From Tetramitus jugosus (taxonomy: Eukaryota > Protista > Heterolobosea), in the NCBI GenBank assembly GCA_937625935.1, contig OW569367.1:62001-126000 (forward strand): DNA of 64,000 bases, in the 5' to 3' direction. The notes under the pieces were generated by a model, which was not told where the DNA came from, made no database searches, and worked only from the letters and a program-made list of their open reading frames with translations. The stretch's first letter is position 1. Each line of letters starts with the position of its first letter. A program made the translations under genes and the position numbers. Shown here in pieces: positions 23,701-35,500 of the stretch.

Positions 23701-24424
23701 TATCTTCACTTGTTCCGCTACCATGATTACTACTACCACTACTACTTATTTTCTTTTGAGATGTAATCTTGTTCTTTTGACTATGATGACTCTTACTAAG
23801 ACTACTATCACGATGATTATAATTCACACTACTAGTACAATTTTTATCAGTGTTATTATTATTATTATTATTGTTGTTTTTGTTGTTGTTGTTGATTGTA
23901 CTACCCGTACTACTATTGTTGTTGCTATTGCTACTACTACTGTGATAGGTAATTGTTTTTAACATTGTTTGATGTTGTTGTCGACTCGTGACGATAGACG
24001 GTGGTGAAGTAACAACACTTGGTTGTTGTAAAGTGTCAACAGTTGTTGTTGGCTCTGCTGCTTCTGTTGTTGTAGTTGTGATTAAAGATGTCTGATGTTG
24101 ATCTTCATCACTCTCAATAAAAATATAAAAATCATCACCGTCATCATCATTATCGCTATCATAAAATGGTTGATCACTCATAGTGACTGTAGTTGTGGTT
24201 GCAGCGATAGTAGCGATAGTTGATGAATCAGAGTTGGATGATCCCTGATGACTATTGTTTGTGATCATGACCGAGTCGTCATCAGAGTCACAATCATCTG
24301 ATGTTGTTTCATCTTCGTCATGATAGTTGAAGCTTGTGGGAGTTGTCATTGTTGTTCTTTTTCTCTTTCGTCTGAGAGACAGTGATGACAACTCTGATTG
24401 TTGTTCTTGTTGTTGATTGATCAT
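20753..24424 (-). CDS. Histone H3K9-type lysine methyltransferase (SUV39/EHMT/SETDB family; pre-SET, SET, post-SET)
   Basis: DISRG..YPI..NSVD, Cys-rich pre-SET, GWGV, EYIGE, RWFNHSCNPN, ELTFDY and post-SET CRCNSRNCRGWL. The N-terminus is low-complexity with a Lys-rich NLS. The start could be 24505. Confidence 0.88.
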   Translation of the reverse strand: MINQQQEQQSELSSLSLRRKRKRTTMTTPTSFNYHDEDETTSDDCDSDDDSVMITNNSHQGSSNSDSSTIATIAATTTTVTMSDQPFYDSDNDDDGDDFYIFIESDEDQHQTSLITTTTTEAAEPTTTVDTLQQPSVVTSPPSIVTSRQQHQTMLKTITYHSSSSNSNNNSSTGSTINNNNKNNNNNNNNNTDKNCTSSVNYNHRDSSLSKSHHSQKNKITSQKKISSSGSSNHGSGTSEDSDESSASSPYSGSETEEVENQHVHRQKKSKKRRKLIEKGDHSSEEKRKRKKKLKKNRKKIPMFDDMWTNDKSREFTQELFELTIYEMFKENMVEFLQAVNIMFEITSQFASFYQKHEVQSQSVCSMNTLVSMTMGIDPAVCKVDDGGSAMSGDAISPSLPLASASSPTEGIPLASMTLETIESELQYYFSVEYLYNTHIRCYLKSSTKHNKQDGEKVVRSQLTTKNDIVDFLKCLGFRCSSDRLLLRVPDFFLLPIYFTHLSPNIPSIEKITVKDQILRLRDMLYKTIHTLLLKFHRENKRLYSLFSHLQQEPFKPEPPTALKDTILHEMYSVAIDRCRPNQLIVHSSIYMHPIKHFQPGNKVICAVIDQTHTVVYLGFCYRDNPSGKPVFEMDANGRKKKYAVITAYFCNDPVMVDHDRISFHFQRITKLGLNHYAMYWENGEISFEANKEQEWNNYEESQIVTDIDVPEHDPHPLEDYCLDLMKQRQLLSIHATPLFQKILSDMKVPYWRIFCKIPKTSALFDREKTLISDYVEMFKDNTPIHFMIYGLSLLLGRFPDTIKTHLQELGAMVSYSTLIYDVDSDSEKEYDELLDEERAYKIQRKKLVNELRSMLHDKGKIFAANRIIQWNPKGGLEVDNMRKILSSKKDEWSDRIKNSNSYFFQATIAVNGAINDDFDFEDENYDIVDSATSGGESSLPKSMHKVNNKYYYKFDDISRGYAKYPIAATNSVDQISPGSFIYSLENKIFDKKIQVAMDQSLKGYPQQCNCCSSNSRSGRSSCTNCKCSKKPKTYDADGCLTKQAVDNQTVRIVECGKFCACDKNLCSNRVLQKGCSTHVELFKTAEKGWGVRTLQSLKRYQFVDEYIGEIVGDEVAEVRGLKYDQVFECSYLFNMTEEEDNRFIIDARKYCSASRWFNHSCNPNMISKLVQVDTNDPLVARIGFFTKKDIPAGTELTFDYQYKTTGHIKCRCNSRNCRGWLM

Positions 24425-24571
24425 GTGTGTGGAGGTGTGTTTTGAGCAGAGTTTTATTATGTTCAAATTGACCGATATGCTTTTCTCTCGCATCCGGAGA
24501 ATCATGCAATTCGGTCGCTTTTTTCACAACAACAAAATCAACAACAACAACATCAGTACAACAAAAAAAGA

Positions 24572-25618
24572 ATGATAAACTCGACTGCAGCGAGATTGAT
24601 CTGTCGTGTTCGACAACAACACCACCATCATCACCCCTCACTGTACCACCATTCACACCACCAATATCACACATCTCTTTTCACACTCACCAAACCACAA
24701 CCATCATCACAACAACAACAGCAACAGCAACAACAGGAAGAACCTCAACAACAACAATCCAATTTTTTCAAAATTCTTCTCAGTATCAAAGACAAGGCGG
24801 AAACCATGGGTCACCAACTCAAAAAAGAACGAAAAGTTCTGGTCAACAACAGTCACAAGCTGTCATCGTTTAGAGAAGCTCAAGAGTTCATGTGGCATGA
24901 AGGTAAATCACTCATTGGACTCAGGTATCTCATTCCTCAGCAGAGAGCTATTGTTTTTCCGTCGTGTCCTCGTGTTTGTCTCTCTCTTTCCCAAGATCAA
25001 AATGATTTGAACAGTAGGAGTAATACAAGTCGGAGTAATAACAAAAATGGCGGGAACAACGAGTCTACGACTGCTTCTGATTTTGAAGAACAAGAGCATG
25101 TGGATATTGCAGAGTACATTTCAAAGCACAAGATCAAGGCAACCATGGTCACAGTCTCATGCACTGCATTTAGTGCAGAAATGGCAAAGACTTGGATTGA
25201 ACCATTTTACAAGACGTTTCACACGGTCATGTATGAGACTAGGATGGCTCGGACGTCTCCGTTGCACCTCTATGGTGATGCGACGTTTGAGAATGATTAT
25301 TGTGTGAAAATGTTTGATATTTCGGTTGGAAGTAGTCCGTTTGCACGGTTCATGAGAGCTGCACTGATCAAGAACATGAAAAAGAATACTCCAGAGCACT
25401 TGTTGGATCATTCGTTGGCATGTTATCCGAACAGTGCAGATCAGGAGATGCTGGATTACTTTAATGCTAAATTGGACATGCACAATTCCAAGAATTGTTA
25501 TGTATTTTTGTTGGATGAGAATGCAAAGGTGAGATGGAGAGGGGCCGGTAATGCCACTGAAGAAGAATTACTTGTATTGAAAAGGTTGACCATTCAACTC
25601 GTGTCACCTAAAAAATAA
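24572..25618 (+). CDS. ATP10: Mitochondrial ATP synthase assembly factor ATP10
   Basis: Presequence-like N-terminus, EGKSL...LIPQQRAIVFP and C-terminal MHNSKNCYVFLLDENAKVRWRGAGNATEEE. Confidence 0.85.
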   Translation: MINSTAARLICRVRQQHHHHHPSLYHHSHHQYHTSLFTLTKPQPSSQQQQQQQQQEEPQQQQSNFFKILLSIKDKAETMGHQLKKERKVLVNNSHKLSSFREAQEFMWHEGKSLIGLRYLIPQQRAIVFPSCPRVCLSLSQDQNDLNSRSNTSRSNNKNGGNNESTTASDFEEQEHVDIAEYISKHKIKATMVTVSCTAFSAEMAKTWIEPFYKTFHTVMYETRMARTSPLHLYGDATFENDYCVKMFDISVGSSPFARFMRAALIKNMKKNTPEHLLDHSLACYPNSADQEMLDYFNAKLDMHNSKNCYVFLLDENAKVRWRGAGNATEEELLVLKRLTIQLVSPKK

Positions 25619-25973
25619 AAAGATGAGGAGATATTGTGCCGATATGGAAAGGACGATTTGCGTTATTTTTTTGGAGACATGTGAAGCGAAAATATGAAAT
25701 GGGAAGGTGAGACTTTTTGCGTTGTATGGTGGAGCTTGGTGGTGAGCTAGGCGGCAAGATTAAACAAAAAAGGATGCTGTTCAGCGTTTTTTTAGTCTAT
25801 TAGAATGTAAAAAAGCGAACCAGGTTCCATAAGTTGGCTTACAGAGGAACAAAATCAGCTTGCCAGTGTGACTCTAATGCCAGGTCAACCACCACAGTTT
25901 CCTGGATATCTGAACAAAAATAAGATAGCAATACAAAGAAGATAAGATAACAAGAAAAACCAACACATATCGT

Positions 25974-26432
25974 ATGACGATTAGTTCAGAAGAGATAATG
26001 AATGGACACCAGGGTCAACAACCTGTATTCCATTCTCGCAACATTGTAGCTTGTCACACTTCTACAAGCTACTCCATTCAACAAGAGGACTATAATCAGT
26101 CATTCTCAAGCAATACAAAACCTCCTCAGGTCTCACAAAAAATCACAACAAACAAATCGAAGATTTCAATATCAGACAAAGAACTAAGAGAAGTTTTTGC
26201 GTACACTCAACCCGAAGCAGCGAAGAGACTTGGAGTTAGTTTGAGCACTCTGAAGAGACGATTTTACGAGTTAGCAGGAAAAGGAAAGAGATGGCCGTTC
26301 CACGAGATGAAGAAGATTGAGAAGAAGAGATCCATGAAGTTCATTTTGAACGAGACAAATCAACCGGAGAAGATGTTGGATCCTTATACATTGTTCGTTC
26401 TGGCAAAAACTTTCTCTGGGGAGAATATTTAG
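25974..26432 (+). CDS. RWP-RK domain transcription factor
   Basis: ISDKELREVFAYTQPEAAKRLGVSLSTLKRRFYEL...KRWPFHEMKK matches the RWP-RK helix-turn-helix signature. Confidence 0.85.
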   Translation: MTISSEEIMNGHQGQQPVFHSRNIVACHTSTSYSIQQEDYNQSFSSNTKPPQVSQKITTNKSKISISDKELREVFAYTQPEAAKRLGVSLSTLKRRFYELAGKGKRWPFHEMKKIEKKRSMKFILNETNQPEKMLDPYTLFVLAKTFSGENI

Positions 26433-26527
26433 ACAGGAGGTTGAGGCCGACCTTTGTTTTAAGTTTTTATAGTTTCGTAAATAGTAAATAAGTAATGTGT
26501 TTTTGAAATGTAGCTCTCCCTGTTTTC

Positions 26528-28285
26528 TTAGTCGTAGATCTTGTCCCTGTCCAAATAAGCGATTGTTTCACGAGCAATTAGTTCAGCCAATGGTTGAAGC
26601 TTTGCACTTTCGGTGTTTGTCAAGATAGAAACAGCAATACGCTCTTCTGGAATCAAGAATAGTACCGAGGATGATCCAACAGCGCCATCAGTGTTGACAA
26701 CAACTCGGACTGGCTTCTTTCTGTGAGCAAGCGAAATTCTGTCTGCAGTGAATCCGTTGCCTCTTGAGGTGCCTGAGACTGATGTTATAATTTCCTCTTG
26801 ATTCTCAAGTGATACTTCATCGGATGATGGTTGTACGACAACGACATCAACAGCGGATGATTCTGCTTGCTCGGCAGGCTGTTCTTGTTGAACGTTGGAC
26901 ACGTCATCGATCACATCTTCCTGATTCGAAGGAATTGCAACTGCTTCTGCAGATAGTGACTCTTGTGTAGGGGTGTGCTCAATGTCAACAGATACTTGTT
27001 CATTTGACAATTCATTCTCAAATGCTGGTTCACTGTTGGCAAACATTTCTGCAACTGGATTGGCAATAGGTTCGATTTGTTCCACTGCTAATTCATCTCC
27101 TCTTGATTCCGTTGACGATGGTTCAGTTTTCAATTCAACTAGTGCGTGTTCCACTGCTTCTGTTGTTGGCGCGACAGTTTCAGTAGCCGCAGGAATTGCA
27201 CTCGATTCGATAGCAACATCTGTGTCAATAACCACAGGTTGATTCAAAACAGGAGCAGACACAACATCTAAAACAGGAAGTGTTGTTGATGGAGCGGGCT
27301 CCTCAGCAACAGGGATGCTAGTCACTACTGGCTTCAAGAAACTGCTTCCTGTACTTGATGACAAATCAACAGTCACATCATTCAAGAGTGAATGAGCAGC
27401 CAATAGAGCATTTCCAAATTGACAAAGATCAAAAGCTGTTGTCAAGTAGTTCTTGTTGTTTTCGTCCACTTGAGCATTTGCCAATTGGCCATTGTTCTGT
27501 CTATTGTACAATCGACTTCTGTTCTTGATCAATTCAACTTGATTGTCCAAACAAGTGTCCTTCATTTCATTGTCAAGCATTGATCGAATGACTTGAAGAG
27601 CTTTGGCAGAGTTCATATCAACTTGTTGCTGTTGACTCAATTGTTCAGCAATGTTCACCAAAAAGGATTCAAACAATCGAATTCTAGCTTCATTTTGCAT
27701 TGGAATGTGATTTTCGAGGTCACTGTATCCAAAGCTCTTGTGATACACGGTTTCATCGTCACGAATGACGCAGCATTGACCACCAACGAGACCATGTTCA
27801 ATTGCATATTGAACAATGAGTTGTGATAGGTCATCATTCAACTCAGAGGATGAACCAATGGGTGAGAGACCATCAATGGGGAAAATTTGAGAAAGGAGTG
27901 ATTGAACGTATTTTCTGTTCTTTTCATTGTTGCTGCCTTGATTCAACAACAACAAGAGCAAGAGAGTGACGAACAGGAGAAGAAAAGAGTTTTTTCTCGA
28001 GTTTTTGTTCTTGTATTTTTGAATGGTTCGTTCAAGCTCTGAAAGTTTTTGTTCCTGTTGTAATTGTTGCTGTTGCTGTAGTTGCTGTTCGGCGCCAATA
28101 GGAGTATTGATTTCGGCGCTCGGAGTATTCACAGTCGGAGGCGGAGTGGAGAGTGATCTGTTGATCAGATTGGTGAGAAGGGATTGTTGCTTTCGCACCA
28201 ATAATGGTGATTTACTACTTGCTGTCAAATGAGAGATCTGTTTTTGAGCTCTCTTGAGCATGGTTGTTGACGAAAGCTTTTGCAT
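26528..28285 (-). CDS. LACTB-like serine beta-lactamase-fold protein, predicted inactive, mitochondrial
   Basis: Presequence plus TM (SFLLLFVTLLLLLLL). FGYSDLENHIPM, LIKNRSRLY, YLTTAFDLCQFGNALL, TDGAVGSSSVLFLIPE and VSILTN align to LACTB; SxxK is absent. Confidence 0.75.
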   Translation of the reverse strand: MQKLSSTTMLKRAQKQISHLTASSKSPLLVRKQQSLLTNLINRSLSTPPPTVNTPSAEINTPIGAEQQLQQQQQLQQEQKLSELERTIQKYKNKNSRKNSFLLLFVTLLLLLLLNQGSNNEKNRKYVQSLLSQIFPIDGLSPIGSSSELNDDLSQLIVQYAIEHGLVGGQCCVIRDDETVYHKSFGYSDLENHIPMQNEARIRLFESFLVNIAEQLSQQQQVDMNSAKALQVIRSMLDNEMKDTCLDNQVELIKNRSRLYNRQNNGQLANAQVDENNKNYLTTAFDLCQFGNALLAAHSLLNDVTVDLSSSTGSSFLKPVVTSIPVAEEPAPSTTLPVLDVVSAPVLNQPVVIDTDVAIESSAIPAATETVAPTTEAVEHALVELKTEPSSTESRGDELAVEQIEPIANPVAEMFANSEPAFENELSNEQVSVDIEHTPTQESLSAEAVAIPSNQEDVIDDVSNVQQEQPAEQAESSAVDVVVVQPSSDEVSLENQEEIITSVSGTSRGNGFTADRISLAHRKKPVRVVVNTDGAVGSSSVLFLIPEERIAVSILTNTESAKLQPLAELIARETIAYLDRDKIYD

Positions 28286-28509
28286 TTGTTTTTTGTTGGT
28301 CGATTTTTTTGTGTCGGAAGATCCAGTTCGTTTTGTAAGGGCTTTTACAGTTTTTACGGTTTGGTTGCTATGTGTATGGTACAAGGGGAATAATCAGAGG
28401 GTATAACAGGACTAGTATGTCATGAAAGAGAGGAAGGGGGAATTGGCACCAAAAACTTAGAGGGAGTATGGCTTCTGGGGTGAGGTTTGAGAGGATATGG
28501 AGTCAAGTA

Positions 28510-29250
28510 TCATGAAACTACTCTGGAAGAATCTTTCAATCGACGATCTTCTACGAGAGAGTCACGCCTCTTAAGAGAAGCACCAGCTAGAAGAGGTTCT
28601 TTCTCCTTCTCGGATGCTTGAGTCACATTGACTTCACCCTTTGGCTTGGTCCTCGCTACTTCTGGAGATGTTGTTGGTTCCACCGAAACACGAGTCTCTA
28701 AGTCCATGTAGTACAGAAGCCATTGCCCATTGAGGTATATTAGTGGGATGAGTAGCTTGTCTCCCCAATTGGCAAACAAAAAGGAAAAGATGAATAGAGT
28801 GATTAAACCCGGAATGGCAAGCGTTTCTTGTTTACAGCACAGCAAGAATTCGGCGCACAACAGGACGAGCCATGGCACAATGTGAACAATGGCCAACAAC
28901 TTGGAGTAAATTGACCTGAGCTTTCGCACACGGTGTTGTTGTTGAAGCTCCAGTGTTCTCTTTTGTTCTTCGTCGCTTGCAGCTTCGGTTTCCTCTTCTG
29001 TTCTGTCTCTGTTGTGCTTGTCCTTTTGGCTCTGGTAGTATTGTTTTTCTATCCATTGCTCACTCTTCTTCTCCAAGAAATGATTCATCTGGTGGCAGGA
29101 GGTATTCAATCCACAACAGGAGGAAATGATGTAACAGAGTGCTCGTAGGGTTGCCCATTTGTGGTTGATGTTGGGAATGTAGAGGCTGACAACGAACCCT
29201 GAAGCGAGTGAGACTGTTGGAAAGAGGTAGAGTATTGGTCTAAAGTCCAT
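28510..29250 (-). CDS. Hypothetical multi-pass membrane protein
   Basis: 246-aa ATG-initiated ORF with about 4 hydrophobic segments and a charged loop; TATAAA about 155 nt upstream on the minus strand. Confidence 0.6.
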   Translation of the reverse strand: MDFRPILYLFPTVSLASGFVVSLYIPNINHKWATLRALCYIISSCCGLNTSCHQMNHFLEKKSEQWIEKQYYQSQKDKHNRDRTEEETEAASDEEQKRTLELQQQHRVRKLRSIYSKLLAIVHIVPWLVLLCAEFLLCCKQETLAIPGLITLFIFSFLFANWGDKLLIPLIYLNGQWLLYYMDLETRVSVEPTTSPEVARTKPKGEVNVTQASEKEKEPLLAGASLKRRDSLVEDRRLKDSSRVVS

Positions 29251-29597
29251 GGTTTAACCTTTTTAGTTGTTTACCTTTAATGTCACCGGTGTTTGTAAGG
29301 CAGTATGGTTCAGATCGGGAATATACGAACCAGGAAGTAGTGTCGTTGTTGTTGTTTGGCTTCAGGTTGATTGACTCTTCGTGTGATCTCCAGTCGATGT
29401 TCGTTTATAAATACTTCCACTTCATGAGTAAGCAATTTTGTCCACTGGTTGACTCTTGATTATCTGAAATATTCCAGTTTTTGTGTCCGGCCATTCAACA
29501 GTCACAAGTAACTGGTGGTCTAAAAACAGAAAAACTGGTTGCGAATCCGAAGGACTCCTTACTACAGGTGAGTTTTGTAAGTGACGTCAATTCTCTT

Positions 29598-32500
29598 TCA
29601 TTCAGTGTTGCTATTGACCCTCTTTTGAATCCATTTTTCTGCAGTTTGGATGACATCACCCTTCTTGTATGGTTTTGTTAGGTAGTCATCCATGCCAGCT
29701 TCAATGGCTTTTTTGGTGCTCTCATCCCTGGCGTTCGCTGAGACTCCCACAATCGGTACACGAGGATGACCATGCAGCATCTCATAGTTTCTGATCTTTT
29801 TGGTGGCCTCCAATCCATCACAGATAGGCATCAAAATATCCATCAATATCTATGAAAAGGTCAGTATTCATAACGATAACGAAGAGCAAGCAATGATGAT
29901 GACTCTACATACAACAGAATATCCATTTTCTTTGCATAAAGCTACAGCATCAATTCCATCAGATGCTACTTCGCATTCATATCCAGCATTACTCAGAATT
30001 TTGCACAATAGCTTCGCGTTGATCTGATTGTCATCCACAATCAAGATTTTGTTTGTTTCGCTGGGCAAGTGATCAGGCATGGGAACCGGGGATGGTATTC
30101 TTGGTTGGGGCGATGCACTTGATGTAACTTCTGGGTTCTCCTCAACAAGGTCAAAGATTGCACTGAACTTGAACGTTGAACCTTTTCCTTTCTCACTCTC
30201 CACTGATATCTTCCCACCCAATAGCTCGACAAGGTCCTTACAAATCTTGAGACCCAAACCTATTGATGAACAATGGAATTAGAGCGACAAGAAGGAACGA
30301 TGCATGAGTTAAAAGTGCAATACAAACCTGTTCCGCCATATTTGTCATAAATCTCTTCAGAAGCTTGAGAGAACGCTTTGAACAATCTTCTGTGTTCAAT
30401 CTCAGACAACCCGATGCCTGTGTCTGACACTTCTACTGTCCACTCTACTCGTGATGGATCATTTGTGATCCTGTTACATGAGCTACATATTACTATTGAA
30501 CCATATTGAGTAAACTTAATGGCATTAGAGAGCAAGTTAATCTATGATGAAGTGATGGAAATGTGTTAGTTTCACTGCTGTACGAAGACACACGAAAAAG
30601 AATCATAGATACTTACAATAATTTCCTTAAACCGATAAGCATCTCCCTTGACCTTCAGATCACTCTCGGAGTTATGCTTCAGTATGAGACGTAGTTTTTT
30701 CTCTTGAATTTGAGCCTTAAACATCGAGCTCGTCAGAGAAATCACTTGATCTGGTTTGAAAGTGACCGAGTGCAGAATGTTTGATTGATTTTCCAATGCA
30801 GAAATATTCAGCACAGTATCAACGATGTCTTTTAAGTGATTCGCACTACAGCTGATCGATTCTATGGACTCCATTAACTCTTGAATCTCACTATACTCAA
30901 TACTCACTCTGTCTTGGGAATTCAATTGTTCTGAAACATGGGGGTTCAGAACTTCTTTTAGAATGTTCGTGTTGCCATATATTGCATTCAATCTGTGAAA
31001 ATAAAATTCCATTAGAGTCACCCTTCCAATACACAACAAAGTGATACATACGGGTTTCTTAGTTCGTGACACAGAACATCGACGAACTCCTCTAGTTTCT
31101 GCTTTCTGGATTTTAATTCGGCAGCAATTTCGCGATACTTCTTCTCTATTCTCAAGTCCTCAGAGAATTTACTGTTCTCGAGATGAAGGAGCAGTTGGGA
31201 GGCGAGTAATTCTAATACTTGTACTCGATCGTTCGAGAAAGCATTGTTGGCCATATCATTATCAAGATACAAGATACCCATGAGATCAGATGAATAGGGA
31301 CGCAGAATAGGCACACATAATACAGATTTGATTCCATAAGTGTGAACATAGGGATCCACAGCGAATTGTTGATGTTCAAGTTGGTTAAAATCTCCAATCT
31401 CGATATGATTCTTTGTTCGTGCTACATAGTACACGACACTCTTGGCACACATTGAAAATTGTTCGAGGGATATCACTCTCATTGAGTCATTATTCATGCT
31501 ATTCATTGTTCCCTCTGCCATGACAAGTAAACCTCCATTAGGTTCACATCGAATAATGACGCCTTTATGAGCTCCCGAATTCTCAATAATGATTTTTGTC
31601 ATATTGTTTAAATACGCGTCCAATGATCGACTCTCAGATGATACAGCCCTTGTCGCTTTCATGACAGTCACAAGGTCAATTGCTGAAGCAGCAAATGACA
31701 ATTCAGGAACGAGATTGGCTTGATTGTCAATGATTGAAAAATTTTTTGAATCGAGAGAGAAACTACCTGACCGATACCTAGAGAGTATAGCTCGAAACTT
31801 GGACTCCAAATACTTGGCCCTCACAGAAGAACCATACTTTCTCCATAGGGATATTGCTTCCTTCAGATTTAGTTTCGCAAAACGATAAATGTTCTGTTCT
31901 ATCCAATACTCTGCAGCCAATTCCTTGACAAGAGCCTCCATCTGCAATTGACCAGCCCGCTGTGCTGCTTCTCCTGCTTCTTCGTATAATTTGGCAGCTA
32001 GATATCCATTATTCCCGTCATATCTGCACTTTTCTGCCTGTAAGAGTTTCAATCTGGGCAAAAAGTTCTCCTCGCAATTCTCACAAAGAATCACTAAATG
32101 GGAAATAAGGCTATCCACACGATTCATCAATAATTCCTTTTGATGATCCGTCAGAGGTATATAATCTGAGCCACATACTTTAATGTAGAGTAGGGAAGCA
32201 TAGACCCGACCTTCAAACAGAAGATAGTAGATTTCACTTGCCCCTGCTAAATCCGAGAAGAGAATGTCTGCATTATCCATTGCCTTGGCGAAGTCACCCG
32301 ATAAATAACTGCTACAAACAACACCAATATGATGACAAATCTTTGTAATTGGCAATAAATCATATTTCTCTTTCTCTAGAGTTTCTGGAAGTCCCAACAA
32401 GTATCTCACGACCGCCATAAATCCCATTCCTGTCACGTACATGAAATAATTCTCTCTCTTCAACCAATCCATCAGTCCATGATAGAATCTGTACAGAGAA

Positions 32501-35500
32501 TCAAGATCTTGCCCGGAATATAATCCAAAGAATAATCGACAAATGGACGTATAAGCAGAAAAGGTATAATCTCCCTGTGCTGAAGCAATCTCTGCGGCCA
32601 AGTCCATATACTTGATTGAAGTATGAAATGATTGCAACCAACAAACGCAAGTACTGCCATAAGCTAAGTACACACGCTTTGGAATGAAATCATCTGGGTA
32701 TTTGTCACATAATCGGATACTCAATGAGCCGAATCTTCCTGCGGTCACATAATCCTTGGTCTCACAACTTAGGACACGTGCAAAAAAAACATAAACCAAT
32801 GAACTGGTTGAACAGTTTCCATGTAATAAACACAAGTTGGCAGCCATGCATGTGAGAATTTTCAATTTGAGATTCTTTCCCAAAAATATGAATAATGGCC
32901 ATCCTCTTGTCAATAGACCGAGTTTTATCAATATCTTCTCATCCACGATCTCGGGTGCATGAATGATATCTTCCACTTCTCTTCCAGATAAGTATGAAAA
33001 CACATTCCCTAATTCTTCTTTCAAAATTGTGGAGAGTTCTTGTGTGGTTTCCGGCAGCTCAATTCCTAGCATTTGTAAGCAATCATCGTATAAAGAGGCC
33101 ATTTCTTGGAATTGTCCCGCAGCTTCCAACGCTTTCATTCGAACCATATGTAGCGATAAGATATCTAAATCTGAAGTACAGTGCTCAAGAGCATAAGTAT
33201 AAATCTGTTCTGAATTTGGAAAGTTCTTTCGACAATATTCACTCTCCAGCATTAATCTGTGTACGTTGAGGGCCATGTGGTAGTGTTCTTTCCACATGGA
33301 ATTCTTCGCATCAATTAATTGTACAATAGCCTTACATATTCGAAGACAGTTGGAGCATGCAGATGATCTTTTTGCTTTGCTTGCTGCATGAAGTAAGAAA
33401 TGCGCTATATCTAAGACTGCATGGTGGTCATAGCTTTGAATGAGACTTATTGCCTTCACATAGTGATCAGCTACTTCGAACAAAATTTCATCTTTATCAT
33501 CATTCATCTGCCGAAGATACAATGCCACTCTAAAGTGAATTTCTTCGATTCGCGCATCATCGATCATTTCATACAGTATTCGATGAACGTGATCGTGTAC
33601 AAATGTGTGTTCGATCTCTTCAATTTCACTCTCTGATTTGTTCATAATTAAACCTTCTTCCAATGCTGGTAACAACAGTTCTTCGGTTTGTTCGATTGAA
33701 GATGAATCAATCGTAGCAAGAAGCAGAACAGAGAAATTGTGACCAATTACGGCAGCTTCAGATAGCAATTTTCGAGTTTCATCCGGCAGTGATTGAATTC
33801 TATTCTCTAATAGCGCGACAATCTCAGTCGATATGGGTTCTTTGCGAATACTATCGATGTCCCAGACCCATTTCTCACGTTTGTAGTCAAAGAAGATGGA
33901 TTGATTCCTTACCAACTCGCTGATGATGGTGTGTACAAAGTAGCAATTTCCATTCGATTTCATATGTATTAACTCTGCCAACGATTGGACCTTGACCCTG
34001 TTGGAACAAAAAGTGTCAGACAGTAAGTGAGCAATGGAGTCTATTGATAAAGGTGGTAACTCCACGCGAGTAATTCTGAGCTCCAATGACTGCTCATTAA
34101 GTAAGTTCCGATGAAGTGTATCGTTCTCGACTTCGTCGCGATAGGCGCCGATCAATAAGATGAATCGGCAGTTTGGATCTTGCAAAATGGTTCTGATTAG
34201 GTTGATTGTCACCAAATCGCTCCACTGAAGATCATCGATAAAGCATACTAATGGTCGCATCTCTGACGCAAACAAGCTGATGAAATCCAGACAAGTTCTC
34301 AAGAAACGCGTCTCATTTTCAGTGGCTGACAAATCGGCAGCAATTGGTTGATGTGAGCCAACAATTTGTTCCAACTCTGGTACGATATCAATCATGATAT
34401 GTATCCTATGTTTCAACGATTCTGTAATTTTCTGTCTCCAGTGATTTAATCCATCATCACTCAACGTCAACAACGACTGAACGAGTTGTTTAAATATTTG
34501 AATGAACGGATACAGCGGTACAGACTTAAACTCTTCTAACTTTCCAGAAACAAAACACCCTCTCTGTTTCAACAATGGTTTGTGAATTTCCATTACTAGG
34601 CTCGACTTGCCCATACCTGAATTTCCGCACACGAGCACCAGTGCGTTTGGTTTGAATCCCTTGGCAACCTTTGAGAAAACGGACAATAGAGACTCGATAG
34701 ACTCTTGTCGACCATAAAGTGAAGACACTGGATGATAATGATCCCGGATATCCTTACTACCAATCTTGAATTGCAAGAAGGGAACACAACTTTCATCGCT
34801 GTGTGGTCGATGATGTCCATGTGGTCCATGGTGGTGTAAAGTGATCAAACATTGTGCTCCACTCTGTAACGCTCTCTCATCATGTGACTCTCCAGTCAAG
34901 GACCACATTTGATTCAAATCATACTTCAATCCGTAGGTACTATTGTATCTGTCTGCTGAATTTTTCGACAATAGTTTGAGTACTAATTGAGATAGATTCT
35001 CTGGTATGTTCGGATTGATCTGAGTCGGCGGAGTTGGCGCCACTGCTAAATGAAAATATATGGTGGACAATGGATCGTTCTCATCACTTAACATTGGAGG
35101 TCTACCACACAACATCAAATAGAATAGAGCACCGAGAGAATAAAGATCTGATCGTTCATCAATTGACTGATTCATTCTACCTGATTGCTCAGGTGCAAGA
35201 CACTGGAGAGAACTCGGTGAAGACAAGTAATGATTCATGTTGTCTGCTGTAGCAACCGTGGCTCCACCAGAGATGGCTCTTGCCAATCGAAAATCAATAA
35301 TCTTCACCATTCCGCTCTCTACGTCAATCAAAACGTTTTCAGCTGATAAATTACAATGGATGATTCCTTGTCTATGAATGGCACTGAGACCGTTGACCAG
35401 TTGAATCGATAACCTTAGAAACATATTTACACTAGGGATTCCTTGATCAAGCATGTATTGTCTGAGTGTCAAGCTATTCTTGAAATCCTCCAATACCATG

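Noticed and set aside
29474-29538. Imperfect hairpin CCAGTTTTT...AAAAACTGG downstream of the histidine kinase (a similar 9-bp stem lies at 18018-18053)
   Set aside because: Only 9 perfect bp in AT-rich DNA, within chance expectation.
29598-31072. Four short ORFs suggesting a frameshifted pseudogene or separate two-component genes
   Set aside because: Canonical GT-AG introns join them in frame to the large kinase ORF.
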